In this document: piece after piece, positions 49,157 through 59,260 of the stretch
Layout of the letters: each line of letters starts with the position of its first letter
Numbering within the stretch: the stretch's first letter is position 1
DNA from: an uncultured candidatus Porisulfidus sp.
GTDB lineage: Bacteria; Pseudomonadota; Gammaproteobacteria; Poriferisulfidales; Poriferisulfidaceae
Direction: 5' to 3'
Length of the DNA: 64,000 nucleotides
Assembly (NCBI GenBank): GCA_965204575.1
Contig: OZ241993.1
Coordinates: 901,850-965,849, forward strand
Notes under the pieces: model-generated
Told to the model about the DNA's origin: nothing
Database searches by the model: none
What the model saw: the letters and a program-made list of their open reading frames with translations, nothing else
Position numbers and translations under genes: made by a program

Positions 49157-51532
49157 ATGCGGCGATATACAGCTGGCCTCGCAGCGGGACTGCTGCTCTG
49201 CGTCGCTCCGCTTTTGGCGGTGGCGGATGAGGGTCCGGAAGTGATTGTCATCAAGTCGCACCCGCTGGGCGACAAGGGTTTGGCGATGCCGGCGACCAGT
49301 CTGCACGGCGAGGCGTTGGATCGGGCGAGAGACGTTAATCTCGGCGCCACGCTCAGCCGGCAACCCGGCATCCATCAATCGGCATTCGGCACCGTCGTCG
49401 GCCGGCCGGTGGTGCACGGCTTGGCCGGCCCGCGGGTACGCGTGATGCAGGACCGCCTGGACACGATGGATGCGTCGATCGTGAGTGCCGACCATGCGGT
49501 TGCCGTCGAATCGTTCATTGCCGAACGGGTCGAGGTGCTCCGCGGCCCGAGCATCCTGCTGTACGGCTCCGGTGCCATTGGCGGTGCCGTGAACGTACAG
49601 ACCGGGCGCATTCCGCAGGCACCGGTCGACGGCTTCTCCGGCGCAACGGAGGCGCGCCACAACAGCGCGACGGGTGGCGACACCCTTGCGTTCAAACTCA
49701 ACGGAGGCCAGGGCGGTTTCTCCTGGCACCTGGACGGTGCGACCAAGGATGGCGACGACTACGACATCCCGGGTTATGCGGAATCGGCCTATCGGCGTGC
49801 CCAGGAAGCCGGTCATGACGACGATCACGATGATCATGATGATGAGGGTGAAAACGGGCATGACGACCACGATGAGGAGGAGCACCACGACGAAGAGGAG
49901 CACGAGGAGGAAGCCCGCGACAAACTCTCCGGCAGCCACTTCGAGTCGGACTCCATCGCAGGCGGGGCCTCATGGCATGGCGACTGGGGTTTCGCGGGCC
50001 TCTCGGTCAGCCGCATGGAATCCAAATATGGCCTGCCGGGGCACGCGCACGCGCACGGGCATGGGCACGAGGAGGAAGAGGAACACAACGGAGAAGAGGA
50101 GCACCATGACGAAGAAGAGCACGCAGAGGAAGAGGAGCACCATGACGAAGAGGAGCACGCAGAGGAAGAGGGCTCAGCATTGCTGGACATGGAGCAGACG
50201 CGCATAGACTTCGAAATGGACCTGCTCTCGCCGTTTGCCAGCGTCGAGCGCCTCAACATGCGCGTCGGCTACAGCGATTACAAGCACGTGGAATCTGAAC
50301 CTGGCGCCCATGCCGGCACCAAGTTCTCCAACGACGCCTGGGAAGTGCGCACCGAGCTCCACCATGAAGCCGGCCCATGGGAGGGCGTGGCGGGCCTGCA
50401 GTACGCCTACCGGGACTTTGAAGCACTCGGCGAGGAAGCCTTTGTCCAGCCGGCGATCACCAACAACATCGGCGCGTTCTGGGTCGGTCGCCGCACGTAC
50501 GAGACTTTCGACCTGGAAGCCGGCGTGCGCCTGGAGCGTGTATCGCACAATCATAATCCGATAGCGGACGACCATGACCACGAGCATGAAGACGAGCACG
50601 AAGGGGAGCACGAGGAGGAGCACGAAGAGGGGAGTGACACGGATTTCACGATCCACGCGATTTCCATCGGCGCCCTCGTGCCGCTTGGCGACCGGCTCGA
50701 GCTGGGCCTGCTCGCCAGCCATTCCAGCCGTGCGCCCATCGCGGAGGAACTCTACGCCGGAGGCCCGCATCTGGTCACCACCACCTACGAAATCGGCGAC
50801 GACGGACTGAGCAAGGAACGTGCCGCCAGCATCGCCTTGCGGCTTCAATATGCCGCACCGACCTGGGATGCCGCCGTGTCCACCTACTTCACCCGTTTCT
50901 CCGACTACGTCTACTGGCAGGCAACCGGCAGGACGGTGAACAATGCAGGCAATGATTGCAATCATGATGCCGCAAACGAAGAAGGGTATGACGACCTAGA
51001 CGAGGATGCGCAGGCTGAATCCCGCGAGCATTACTGTGAGGAACACGGTGATGACTACACCCTCCGGGAAGAAAGGGTTGCGCAGGAAGATGCGGAATTC
51101 TTCGGCATCGACGCGGAAGCCAGCGCCCAGGTCGCGTCCTGGCCCGGCGGCGAGGCGCGCCTGCACGGCAAGTTCGATTACGTGGACGCGAAATTGTCCG
51201 TCAGCGGCAATGACCGGCTGCCGCGCATTCCGCCGCTGCGGTACGGCATCGGGCTGAGCGCCCGCTGGGGCACCGCAACCATGGGCGTCGATTACCTGCG
51301 GGCCGAAGACCAGGACGAGACGGCGGAGCACGAACTGCCGACCGACGGCTACGACGACCTGTCCGTCCATGCCACGCTGGAGCTTCCGGCCGGCAACGGG
51401 GCGACGATGGAATTCTTCCTGTACGGCAAGAACCTGACCAACGACGAACAGCGCTTGCACACTTCGCACATCAAGGACCTTGCGCCGCAGCCCGGACGCA
51501 CGTTTGAAGTCGGGGGGCGGCTTCGGTTCTAG
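49157..51532 (+). CDS. TonB-dependent outer-membrane receptor with His/Asp/Glu-rich insertions (ZnuD-like metal-uptake candidate)
   Basis: Start proposed at MRRYTAGLAAGLLLCVAPLLAVA (signal peptide); the track ORF starts at 49061. Plug domain (VEVLRGPSILLYGSGAIGGAVNV), beta-barrel, C-terminal ...GGRLRF. Three low-complexity blocks such as HDDDHDDHDDEGENGHDDHDEEEHHDEEEHEEE. Confidence 0.75.
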   Translation: MRRYTAGLAAGLLLCVAPLLAVADEGPEVIVIKSHPLGDKGLAMPATSLHGEALDRARDVNLGATLSRQPGIHQSAFGTVVGRPVVHGLAGPRVRVMQDRLDTMDASIVSADHAVAVESFIAERVEVLRGPSILLYGSGAIGGAVNVQTGRIPQAPVDGFSGATEARHNSATGGDTLAFKLNGGQGGFSWHLDGATKDGDDYDIPGYAESAYRRAQEAGHDDDHDDHDDEGENGHDDHDEEEHHDEEEHEEEARDKLSGSHFESDSIAGGASWHGDWGFAGLSVSRMESKYGLPGHAHAHGHGHEEEEEHNGEEEHHDEEEHAEEEEHHDEEEHAEEEGSALLDMEQTRIDFEMDLLSPFASVERLNMRVGYSDYKHVESEPGAHAGTKFSNDAWEVRTELHHEAGPWEGVAGLQYAYRDFEALGEEAFVQPAITNNIGAFWVGRRTYETFDLEAGVRLERVSHNHNPIADDHDHEHEDEHEGEHEEEHEEGSDTDFTIHAISIGALVPLGDRLELGLLASHSSRAPIAEELYAGGPHLVTTTYEIGDDGLSKERAASIALRLQYAAPTWDAAVSTYFTRFSDYVYWQATGRTVNNAGNDCNHDAANEEGYDDLDEDAQAESREHYCEEHGDDYTLREERVAQEDAEFFGIDAEASAQVASWPGGEARLHGKFDYVDAKLSVSGNDRLPRIPPLRYGIGLSARWGTATMGVDYLRAEDQDETAEHELPTDGYDDLSVHATLELPAGNGATMEFFLYGKNLTNDEQRLHTSHIKDLAPQPGRTFEVGGRLRF
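50096..50167 (+). repeat. 36-nt near-perfect tandem duplication (gaggagcaccatgacgaagaRgagcacgcagaggaa x2) inside the receptor gene, encoding EEHHDEEEHAEE twice
   Basis: Direct reading of 50096-50131 against 50132-50167 shows one mismatch (a/g). Confidence 0.7.
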
Positions 51533-51649
51533 GCGGGCATCCGCAACCCGGCGCGGGTGCTGACCGCGGGGGAGGCTCTATGCTACAATGCGCGCCCTAA
51601 TTCAAGGGCGCCGCGGGCGCCGTTTTTGCTTCCTTACAGACAGTTTTCC

Positions 51650-51919
51650 ATGTCACTTTCTGCGCAAGAAAAGTCTGAGATCGTCGGAAAATACCAGCGC
51701 GCACCGAACGACGTCGGCTCGCCCGAGGTACAGGTCGCGTTGCTGACCTCCCGGATCAATCAGGTAATGAAGCATTTCGAGACGCATCCCAAGGATCGGC
51801 ACTCGCGCTACGGCCTGATGAAGATGGTCCATGCCCGCCGCGGACTGCTCAAGCACCTGCGCGGCCAGGACCACGAACGCTACGCGTCGCTGATCAAGTC
51901 CCTGGGACTGCGTCGCTGA
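51650..51919 (+). CDS. rpsO: 30S ribosomal protein S15
   Basis: 89 aa from MSLSAQEK ... GSPEVQVALLT ... HLRGQDHERYASLIKSLGLRR. The track ORF has a 31-codon 5' extension. Confidence 0.9.
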   Translation: MSLSAQEKSEIVGKYQRAPNDVGSPEVQVALLTSRINQVMKHFETHPKDRHSRYGLMKMVHARRGLLKHLRGQDHERYASLIKSLGLRR

Positions 51920-52011
51920 TCTCTCTTTCACGAGTTCCCGATTTGACCCAGTTTTCCCGCCGGTCCTGATTTGGAGCGGTTTCTTACACATTTCACAGGA
52001 TTCCCTAGTTT

Positions 52012-54108
52012 ATGAACCCGATTACCCAAACTTTCCAGTACGGCGACCATGAGGTCACCCTAGAGACGGGCGAGATCGCCCGGCAGGCTTCCGGCGCGGT
52101 GCTGGTGCGCATGGCCGAGACTGCGGTGCTGGTCACCGCCGTCGGTCGCAAGGACGAAGACACCGGCAAGGACTTCCTCCCGCTGACCGTCAACTACCAG
52201 GAAAAGACCTATTCGGCCGGCCGCATTCCCGGCGGCTTCTTCAAGCGGGAAGGGCGCCCCAGCGAGAAGGAGATCCTGACCTCGCGCCTGATCGACCGGC
52301 CGATCCGCCCGCTGTTCCCGAAAGGCTACAACCAGGAAGTCCAGATCATCGCCAACGTGCTGTGTCTGAACAAGGACCTGGATCCGGACATTCCCGCAAT
52401 GCTCGGGGCCTCGGCGGCCTTGGCAGTCTCCGGGATGCCCTTTCAGGGTCCGATCGCGGGCGCTCGGGTCGGCTATGTAGACGGAAATTATGTGCTCAAC
52501 CCGACCGCTCAGCAACTGGAGCAAAGCCAGCTGGACCTGGTGGTCGCGGGGACGCGCAGCGCCGTGCTGATGGTCGAATCCCAGGCGGACCTTCTGCCGG
52601 AGCAGACGATGCTGGATGCGGTCCTGTTCGGTCACGAACAGATGCAGGTGGCGATCGACGCCATCGAGAAACTGCGCGATGCGGCCAGTCCCCCGGACTG
52701 GGGCTGGGCTGCGCCGGAGACCGACGAGGACCTCGCCTCCAAGATGGACTCGCTGTGCCGGGAAGACCTGGTCGCGTCCTACCAGATCGCGGAGAAGATG
52801 GAGCGTCAGGACCGGGTCGCGGAGATCCGGGACAAGGCCAAGGAGCAACTGGTCTCCGAAGAGGACGGTCGGGACGAAGGCAAGGTCAAGGACGCGTTCA
52901 AGAGCCTGGAGAAATCCATCGTCCGCCAGCGCGTGCTGTCCGGCGAGTCGCGCATCGACGGGCGCGGGCGTGCCGACGTGCGCCAGATTTCGGTCCGGAC
53001 CGGGCTGTTCCCGCGCACCCACGGCAGCGCGTTGTTCACGCGCGGCGAGACCCAGGCGATGGTGATGACCACCCTGGGCACCACCCGCGACGCGCAGATC
53101 ATCGACGCCCTGGAAGGGGAGTACCGCGACCCGTTCCTGCTGCACTACAACTTCCCGCCGTTTTCGGTCGGGGAGGTCAGCATGATGCTGGCGCCGAAGC
53201 GGCGCGAGATCGGCCACGGCAAGCTGGCGAAGCGCGGCATGATGGCCGTGATGCCGGATCCGGAGGAGTTCCCCTACGTCATTCGCATCGTGTCCGAGAT
53301 TACCGAGTCGAACGGTTCGAGCTCGATGGCCACGGTCTGCGGCAGCAGCCTGTCGCTGATGGACGCCGGGGTGCCGATCAAGTCCGCGGTGGCCGGGATC
53401 GCGATGGGCCTGATCAAGGAGGGCGACGAGTTCGCCGTGCTCAGCGACATCCTCGGCGACGAGGATCACCTGGGCGACATGGACTTCAAGGTGGCGGGCA
53501 CCCGCGAGGGCATCACCGCGCTGCAGATGGACATCAAGATCGACGGCATCACCCGCGAGATCATGGAGCAGGCCCTGTCCCAGGCCCAGGCCGGGCGGCT
53601 GCACATCCTCGACGAGATGGACAAGGGCCTGGCGGCCCCGCGCGAGACGATGTCGGACTACGCGCCGCGCTTTTTGACCCTGCGCATCAACCCGGAGAAG
53701 ATCCGCGACGTGATCGGCAAGGGCGGGGCGACGATCCGTGCCCTGACCGAGGAGACCGGCACCACCATCGACATCGACGACGACGGCCTGGTTCGGATTG
53801 CCTCGACCGACAGCGCGGCCGCCGAGGATGCGCGCGAGCGCATCGAACTGCTGACCAGCGAGGTGGAGATCGGCAAAGTCTACACCGGCAAGGTGGTCCG
53901 GATCATGGACTTCGGCGCGTTCGTCGGCCTCAAGCCGGGCAAGGACGGCCTGGTGCATATCTCGCAGATCGCGGAATACCGCGTCAAGAGCGTGGACGAC
54001 GAATTGTCCGAAGGACAGATGGTCAATGTCAAGGTGCTGGACGTCGACAAGCTCGGCCGGGTCAAACTCACCATGAAGGAGGTGCAGCAGCCGCAGCCGG
54101 GAGAGTGA
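52012..54108 (+). CDS. pnp: polyribonucleotide nucleotidyltransferase (PNPase)
   Basis: 698 aa. Two RNase PH domains, KH and S1. Conserved N-terminus. Confidence 0.95.
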   Translation: MNPITQTFQYGDHEVTLETGEIARQASGAVLVRMAETAVLVTAVGRKDEDTGKDFLPLTVNYQEKTYSAGRIPGGFFKREGRPSEKEILTSRLIDRPIRPLFPKGYNQEVQIIANVLCLNKDLDPDIPAMLGASAALAVSGMPFQGPIAGARVGYVDGNYVLNPTAQQLEQSQLDLVVAGTRSAVLMVESQADLLPEQTMLDAVLFGHEQMQVAIDAIEKLRDAASPPDWGWAAPETDEDLASKMDSLCREDLVASYQIAEKMERQDRVAEIRDKAKEQLVSEEDGRDEGKVKDAFKSLEKSIVRQRVLSGESRIDGRGRADVRQISVRTGLFPRTHGSALFTRGETQAMVMTTLGTTRDAQIIDALEGEYRDPFLLHYNFPPFSVGEVSMMLAPKRREIGHGKLAKRGMMAVMPDPEEFPYVIRIVSEITESNGSSSMATVCGSSLSLMDAGVPIKSAVAGIAMGLIKEGDEFAVLSDILGDEDHLGDMDFKVAGTREGITALQMDIKIDGITREIMEQALSQAQAGRLHILDEMDKGLAAPRETMSDYAPRFLTLRINPEKIRDVIGKGGATIRALTEETGTTIDIDDDGLVRIASTDSAAAEDARERIELLTSEVEIGKVYTGKVVRIMDFGAFVGLKPGKDGLVHISQIAEYRVKSVDDELSEGQMVNVKVLDVDKLGRVKLTMKEVQQPQPGE

Positions 54109-54200
54109 GTTTGCTGTGATAACATAAAGCCGTTACGGACGGGGCCGGGTCACCGGCATCAGTCCGCGACAATAAAAACGTCACTGGCAGGAGACCAACA

Positions 54201-54380
54201 ATGCAAGTAACCTGGGATGAAAATGTCTGCATTCACGCTGGGAAGTGTGTGGCAGGCGCACCTGAAGTTTTCAAGGTCGAAGATGGACAGTTCAAGATTG
54301 ATGTGACCGCAGCACCGGAGGATAAGGTGCGGGACGTGGTTGCACAATGCCCATCCGGAGCCCTGAAAATACAAGAATAA
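54201..54380 (+). CDS. small ferredoxin-like protein (divergent 4Fe-4S mono-cluster type, C-x-H-x-G-x-C ... CP)
   Basis: 59 aa, not in the track (<60 aa). MQVTWDENVCIHAGKCVAGAPEVFKVEDGQFKIDVTAAPEDKVRDVVAQCPSGALKIQE. AGGAG SD 8 nt upstream. Coordinates ±1. Confidence 0.5.
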   Translation: MQVTWDENVCIHAGKCVAGAPEVFKVEDGQFKIDVTAAPEDKVRDVVAQCPSGALKIQE

Positions 54381-54414
54381 CTCATAACTTCAAATACCTG
54401 AGAAGGGGGCAATT

Positions 54415-55068
54415 ATGATTGGCGACAAGCTCGCAAATGCCATGAACCTCTTCGGCCACCCGAGTTGCATCAACACCGCGAAGTGTATGCAAACGGCGGG
54501 CGAGAAGGGTGTCGATATCGAGGCACACGTAATCCAAGGACCCGACGACGTCCTGTCCATGTCTCCGCTGGGGAGTGCCCCGGTGCTCAAGGACCTGGAC
54601 AATGTCGTGTACGGGACGATCGCGATCATGTCCTACCTGGACGACAAGGGATTCGGTCCCTCACTGGTGCCGCGCAACGGCGTGCTCCGGGCGCAGATGT
54701 ACCAGTGGGCGCATATCGTGGTTGATTACGCCCAGCCTGCTGCAAGCGCCGACGGCGGGGACCGGGATCAACTGACCAAGCTGTACGATCTTCTGGAGCA
54801 GCGTCTGCAGTCTCCGCCCAAGCAGGGCGGCTTCATCTGCGGAGAGTTCACCCTGGCCGACATCCACTGGAGCGCCTGCACCAACATGCTGGTGAACTCC
54901 GGGGCTTCGGACCTGGTGGATTCGCGGGGTGCGGTCAAGAGCTGGTGGGACGCGGTCAAGTCGCATCCGAGCACCAGCAAGGAAAAGTTGAATCCGTTCG
55001 ACGTATTACCGACCAAGGCGGACATGGATTCCGGCACGTTGCGTAACGTCGCGATCAACGTCCTCTGA
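54415..55068 (+). CDS. glutathione S-transferase-family protein
   Basis: 217 aa. N-terminal thioredoxin-like LFGHPSCINTAKC ... and C-terminal GST helical domain (FICGEFTLADIHW). Confidence 0.55.
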   Translation: MIGDKLANAMNLFGHPSCINTAKCMQTAGEKGVDIEAHVIQGPDDVLSMSPLGSAPVLKDLDNVVYGTIAIMSYLDDKGFGPSLVPRNGVLRAQMYQWAHIVVDYAQPAASADGGDRDQLTKLYDLLEQRLQSPPKQGGFICGEFTLADIHWSACTNMLVNSGASDLVDSRGAVKSWWDAVKSHPSTSKEKLNPFDVLPTKADMDSGTLRNVAINVL

Positions 55069-55129
55069 CACGGGCAGCCACAGCCTGCGCCCGGCCTGAA
55101 CAAGTCTGCGCAGACGGACGGACAGGTCA

Positions 55130-56221
55130 ATGCTGTGGGGTTTATTTGGCGGGAAACGGGATCGTCAGGCCCGAATCAATGATGACCCGTCCCTGCTGAC
55201 GGTTCAAGCTGGCCAAGACCTGCTTTCGGCTGCGCTGGAAGCGGGTCTCGCATGGCCACACGACTGCCGGCAGGGGAATTGCAGCACCTGCCGCTGCCGG
55301 ATCACCTCCGGCAAGGTCAAGGGCCGGACCGATTTCGAAACCGTCCTGACTCCTGCCGAACTGAAGGAAGGCTGGGTGCTCGCCTGCCAGAGCGAACTGC
55401 GCAGCGACATCGAGGTCGAGGTCGAACTGACCTCCGAAGAACCCCAGGCGGCGGTCGCCCACTATCAGGGCACGATCACCCGGATGGCTTCGCTGACGCA
55501 CGACATCGTCGAACTGACCGTGCAGGTGCCGGGTCTGCAACGTGCCGGGGTGGCCGGGCAGTACGCGGAACTGAGTTACGACGGCCTGAGCGTGCCGCGT
55601 TCCTATTCATTCGCCAAGGCGCCGAGCAACGAACAGGAAGAGGAGATCTCGTTCTATATCCGGAAGGTGCCGGGCGGGGAATTCACGGAATGGCTGTTCG
55701 CCGAGGATCGCACCGGGACCGAGTTGAAGGTTTCTCTGCCGTACGGGGGGTTCCGCTACCATCCGGAGTCCGGTCCCATGATCTGCATCGCCGGAGGATC
55801 CGGCATGAGCGCGATCAGGGCGGTACTGGAGCAGGCCGTGCTCGACCAGGTGGAGCGCGACGCGCTGTTCCTGTTCGGCGCGCGGACCCAGCAGGACCTG
55901 TACGGGGAGGAGGCAATGGGGGCGATCCGTCGCCAGTGGCACCCCGACTACAAATTCGAATATGTCGAGGTTCTGAACATGGAGCCCGAAGACAGCGACT
56001 GGACCGGTCCGCGCGGGCTGGTGACCGACTATCTCAAGGAGGCCTATGTCGAGCCGAAGATGTTTGACATGGCCGCCTGCCAGGGCTATTTGTGCGGCCC
56101 TCCCCCAATGATCGACGCCGCGGTTGAAGTACTCAAGGCCGAAGGCATGAGCGGCGATCAGGTCTTCTTCGACAAGTTCCTGGACGCCAGTTCCATGCCG
56201 GGCGGGCGCCCGGGCGCTTAA
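55130..56221 (+). CDS. [2Fe-2S] ferredoxin-FNR fusion oxidoreductase (oxygenase-reductase-like, MmoC/BenC/NqrF architecture)
   Basis: 363 aa. N-terminal plant-type Fd Cys cluster CRQGNCSTCRC ... C. FAD-binding RSYSFA. NAD(P)-binding ICIAGGSGMSAI. Confidence 0.75.
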   Translation: MLWGLFGGKRDRQARINDDPSLLTVQAGQDLLSAALEAGLAWPHDCRQGNCSTCRCRITSGKVKGRTDFETVLTPAELKEGWVLACQSELRSDIEVEVELTSEEPQAAVAHYQGTITRMASLTHDIVELTVQVPGLQRAGVAGQYAELSYDGLSVPRSYSFAKAPSNEQEEEISFYIRKVPGGEFTEWLFAEDRTGTELKVSLPYGGFRYHPESGPMICIAGGSGMSAIRAVLEQAVLDQVERDALFLFGARTQQDLYGEEAMGAIRRQWHPDYKFEYVEVLNMEPEDSDWTGPRGLVTDYLKEAYVEPKMFDMAACQGYLCGPPPMIDAAVEVLKAEGMSGDQVFFDKFLDASSMPGGRPGA

Positions 56222-56261
56222 TGTAAAATGCCTTTCGGCTCACTGACCTGAGGAGAAAACG

Positions 56262-56486
56262 ATGCGGCTCAAGGAAGTAATCGGCATTATTGTCATGGGA
56301 GTGTGGATTGCCGCCGGAGTGATGGCGATGAATTGGTTCGGTTTCGCGAACCATCTGCACGATCCGCTGTGGAGCCTCGGTGCGGCAATTGCGCTTCTGG
56401 CCATCATCGTGGTCGGGGTCGCGATTTTCTTCGCCGTAGCCAAGGAAAGCCCGTGGATCTGGTTCGGCGAATCGGATTCGAACTGA
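56262..56486 (+). CDS. small two-TM membrane protein, hypothetical
   Basis: 74 aa, two hydrophobic helices, SD-like GAGGAG upstream. Confidence 0.3.
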   Translation: MRLKEVIGIIVMGVWIAAGVMAMNWFGFANHLHDPLWSLGAAIALLAIIVVGVAIFFAVAKESPWIWFGESDSN

Positions 56487-56546
56487 TCCCGCTTCACTGC
56501 AGTTTTTCTGACAAGCCCGCCGCCAAGAACGGCGGGCGCCCCGCCG

Positions 56547-57317
56547 ATGCCGGCTGAGGCGATTCCAGCATTTCAGGACAATTACCTGTGGCTGATGTCC
56601 GGTCACGGGAAGGGCGTGCTCGTGGACCCGGGAGATGCCGGGCCCGTGATGGAAGCCCTTGAAACCCGGCAACTGGAACTGTCCACGATCCTGATTACCC
56701 ATCACCATGCGGATCACATTGGTGGCGTGGCCGAATTGCGGTCAGCTTGGCCGAATGTTCAGGTTTTCGGGCCCGAAGATCCGAGGATTCCAGCTGACTT
56801 CCGGGTCTCCGAAGGAATGACGGTGAGCCTCGAGGCGCTGGGGCTTGGCACGTTCGAGGTCATGGAGGTGCCGGGGCACACACGAAGCCACATTGCCTAC
56901 TACGGCGGTGGCGATCTGTACTGCGGCGATACGGTGTTCGTGTGCGGCTGCGGGCGCCTGTTCGAGGGGACTCCAGAGCAGATGCATTCCTCCTTGTCCA
57001 AGATCCGCCGCTTGCCGGAAGAGACCCGGGTGTATTGCGCGCATGAATACACGCTGGACAACGTGGAGTTCGCCCTCTGGGTCGAACCCGACAATGAAGA
57101 CCTGAAGTCCTACCAGGCGGAAGCCATGACGATGCGGGAGGCGGGGACGCCTACGGTGCCTTCTACCCTTGGCCAGGAAAAGAAATGCAATCCGTTCCTG
57201 CGCTTCGATGCGCCTGCGGTGGTGGCGGCGGCGCAACGCCGCATGGGCCGGACGGATTTGGAGGAATACGAAGTGTTCGGAGAGATCCGCCGTTGGAAAG
57301 ATACGGAGTTCGACTGA
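56547..57317 (+). CDS. gloB: hydroxyacylglutathione hydrolase (glyoxalase II)
   Basis: 256 aa. IPAFQDNYLWL ... ILITHHHADHIGG ... metallo-beta-lactamase motifs. C-terminal GloB domain. Confidence 0.85.
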   Translation: MPAEAIPAFQDNYLWLMSGHGKGVLVDPGDAGPVMEALETRQLELSTILITHHHADHIGGVAELRSAWPNVQVFGPEDPRIPADFRVSEGMTVSLEALGLGTFEVMEVPGHTRSHIAYYGGGDLYCGDTVFVCGCGRLFEGTPEQMHSSLSKIRRLPEETRVYCAHEYTLDNVEFALWVEPDNEDLKSYQAEAMTMREAGTPTVPSTLGQEKKCNPFLRFDAPAVVAAAQRRMGRTDLEEYEVFGEIRRWKDTEFD

Positions 57318-57332
57318 ACCGGAGGCGGTTGC

Positions 57333-59006
57333 TCAGGATCGCCGGCGGATTTTCTCCCAAGTATCGCGCAGGCTTACCGTGCGGTTGAAGATCAACCGGT
57401 CCGGTGCAGATTCCGTGTCCTGGCAAAAATACCCCTGCCTCTCGAACTGGATGCGAATCCGCGTCGGCAGGCAGCGAATCTCCGGTTCGACCCGGCACTC
57501 CTGCATGTCGATGCGGGAATCCTCGTTAAGTGTGGTGATCAGGTCGGATTCGGCGGCTGGATCCGGCACCTTGAACAGGCGATCGTAAAGACGAACCTCG
57601 GCAGGGACGGCCTGTTCGGCCGACACCCAGTGCAGGGTCCCGCGCACCTTGCGTCCGTCCGGTGCATCCCCGCCGCGCGTCTCCGGATCGTAGGTGCAGT
57701 GCAGGGCGATGATGTCGCCATCGGCATTCCGCTCCACTTCCTGGCAGGTAATGAAATAGGCGTAGCGCAGACGGACTTCCCGGTCCGGTGCGAGGCGGAA
57801 GAATTTCTTCGGCGGATCCTCCATGAAGTCGGACCGCTCGATGTACAGTTCGCGGCTGAACGGCACCTGGCGGGTACCCATGGAGGGATCGTTCGGGTGG
57901 TTCGGGGCCTCCAGCATTTCGGTCTGGCCCTCGGGATAGTTGGTCAAGACGACCCGGACCGGGTCCAGGACCGCCATTAGGCGGGGCGCCTGGGCATTCA
58001 GGACGTCCCGGATGCTGTCTTCCAGCACGCTCATGGAAATGCGGCTGTCTTTCTTGGTGACGCCGATGGCGTGGCAGAAATTCCGGATTGATTCGGGGGT
58101 ATAGCCCCGGCGGCGGAGGCTGCGCAGGGTCGGCAGTCGCGGGTCGTCCCAGCCGTTCACATGTCCATCCTGGACCAGGCGCTGCAGCAGGCGCTTGCTG
58201 ACCACCGTGTATTCCAGCGACAGGCGGGAGAATTCGATCTGCTGCGGATGGCAGGGTACGTCCAGATGGTCGAGGATCCAGTCGTAAAGCAGGCGGTGAT
58301 CCTCGAATTCAAGCGTACACAGGGAATGGGTGATCCCTTCCAGCGAATCGGACAGGCAGTGGGTGAAGTCGTACATGGGGTAGATCGACCAGGCATTGCC
58401 GGTGCGATGGTGTCGCTGGCGGCGGATACGGTACAACACCGGATCGCGCATGTTGATGTTGTCGGCATCCATGCTGATGCGCGCGCGCAATACGTGTGAT
58501 CCTTCGGGGAATTCGCCGGCCCGCATGCGGCCGAACAGGTCCAGGTTCTCCTCGATGCTGCGGTTACGGTGTGGGCTGTCGGTGCCCGGTTCGGTCAGCG
58601 TGCCCCGGGTCTCCCGGATGGTTTCGCTGTCCTGGCTGTCGACATAGGCGTGTCCGTTACGGATTAGATCGACCGCATAGCCGTGCAACTGGTCGAAATA
58701 GTCCGAGGCATGGCACAGGTTGCGCCATTCATAGCCCAGCCAACGCACGTCTTCTTCAATCGCGTAGGCGTATTCGGCCTCTTCCTTTTCGGGGTTGGTG
58801 TCGTCGAAGCGCAGGTTGCAGTGGCCGCCGAAGGATTCCGCCATGTCGAAATTTAGGCAGATGGACTTGGCGTGGCCGATATGCAGGTACCCGTTCGGTT
58901 CGGGGGGGAACCGGGTCACAACTCGCGAGCATTTGCCGGAGCCCAGGTCTTCTTCGATGATCCGCCGGATGAAGTGGGTTTTCGGCGGAGTTTCCGGCTC
59001 GGGCAT
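57333..59006 (-). CDS. glnS: glutaminyl-tRNA synthetase
   Basis: 557 aa. HIGH ([14 protein letters not shown]) and the class I motifs. Collinear with E. coli GlnS. Confidence 0.9.
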   Translation of the reverse strand: MPEPETPPKTHFIRRIIEEDLGSGKCSRVVTRFPPEPNGYLHIGHAKSICLNFDMAESFGGHCNLRFDDTNPEKEEAEYAYAIEEDVRWLGYEWRNLCHASDYFDQLHGYAVDLIRNGHAYVDSQDSETIRETRGTLTEPGTDSPHRNRSIEENLDLFGRMRAGEFPEGSHVLRARISMDADNINMRDPVLYRIRRQRHHRTGNAWSIYPMYDFTHCLSDSLEGITHSLCTLEFEDHRLLYDWILDHLDVPCHPQQIEFSRLSLEYTVVSKRLLQRLVQDGHVNGWDDPRLPTLRSLRRRGYTPESIRNFCHAIGVTKKDSRISMSVLEDSIRDVLNAQAPRLMAVLDPVRVVLTNYPEGQTEMLEAPNHPNDPSMGTRQVPFSRELYIERSDFMEDPPKKFFRLAPDREVRLRYAYFITCQEVERNADGDIIALHCTYDPETRGGDAPDGRKVRGTLHWVSAEQAVPAEVRLYDRLFKVPDPAAESDLITTLNEDSRIDMQECRVEPEIRCLPTRIRIQFERQGYFCQDTESAPDRLIFNRTVSLRDTWEKIRRRS

Positions 59007-59260
59007 TGAATAAAAGGGCTGAAAACAACTATTTTAACTGCATGGAACCTAATTCCCGGAGGAAACCTAGTTGGGGTGTCAACCTAAAGCTGAAACTTTC
59101 CTTTTTCAGTAGATCGCTCAGTCTGTATCATTTTCCGTGCTAGAATTTCCGGCGCCCAGTTCCTTGACGAAATCATTCGGAGGAATTTCAATGTCATGGA
59201 CGGGCGTGCCGCAAACGAGCCTGCCTGCCTTTCTAGGCTCACCCCCTCTTTAATCATTTT

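Noticed and set aside
49800-50640. His/Glu/Asp codon repeats considered as a possible CRISPR array or noncoding tandem repeat
   Set aside because: The repeats are in frame within a long TonB-receptor ORF with intact plug and C-terminal barrel. There is no spacer/repeat periodicity typical of CRISPR. No CRISPR array was found anywhere in the window.
54110-54200. GCCGG-gtca-CCGGC hairpin after pnp as a terminator
   Set aside because: Short stem with no downstream T-tract. Left unannotated.
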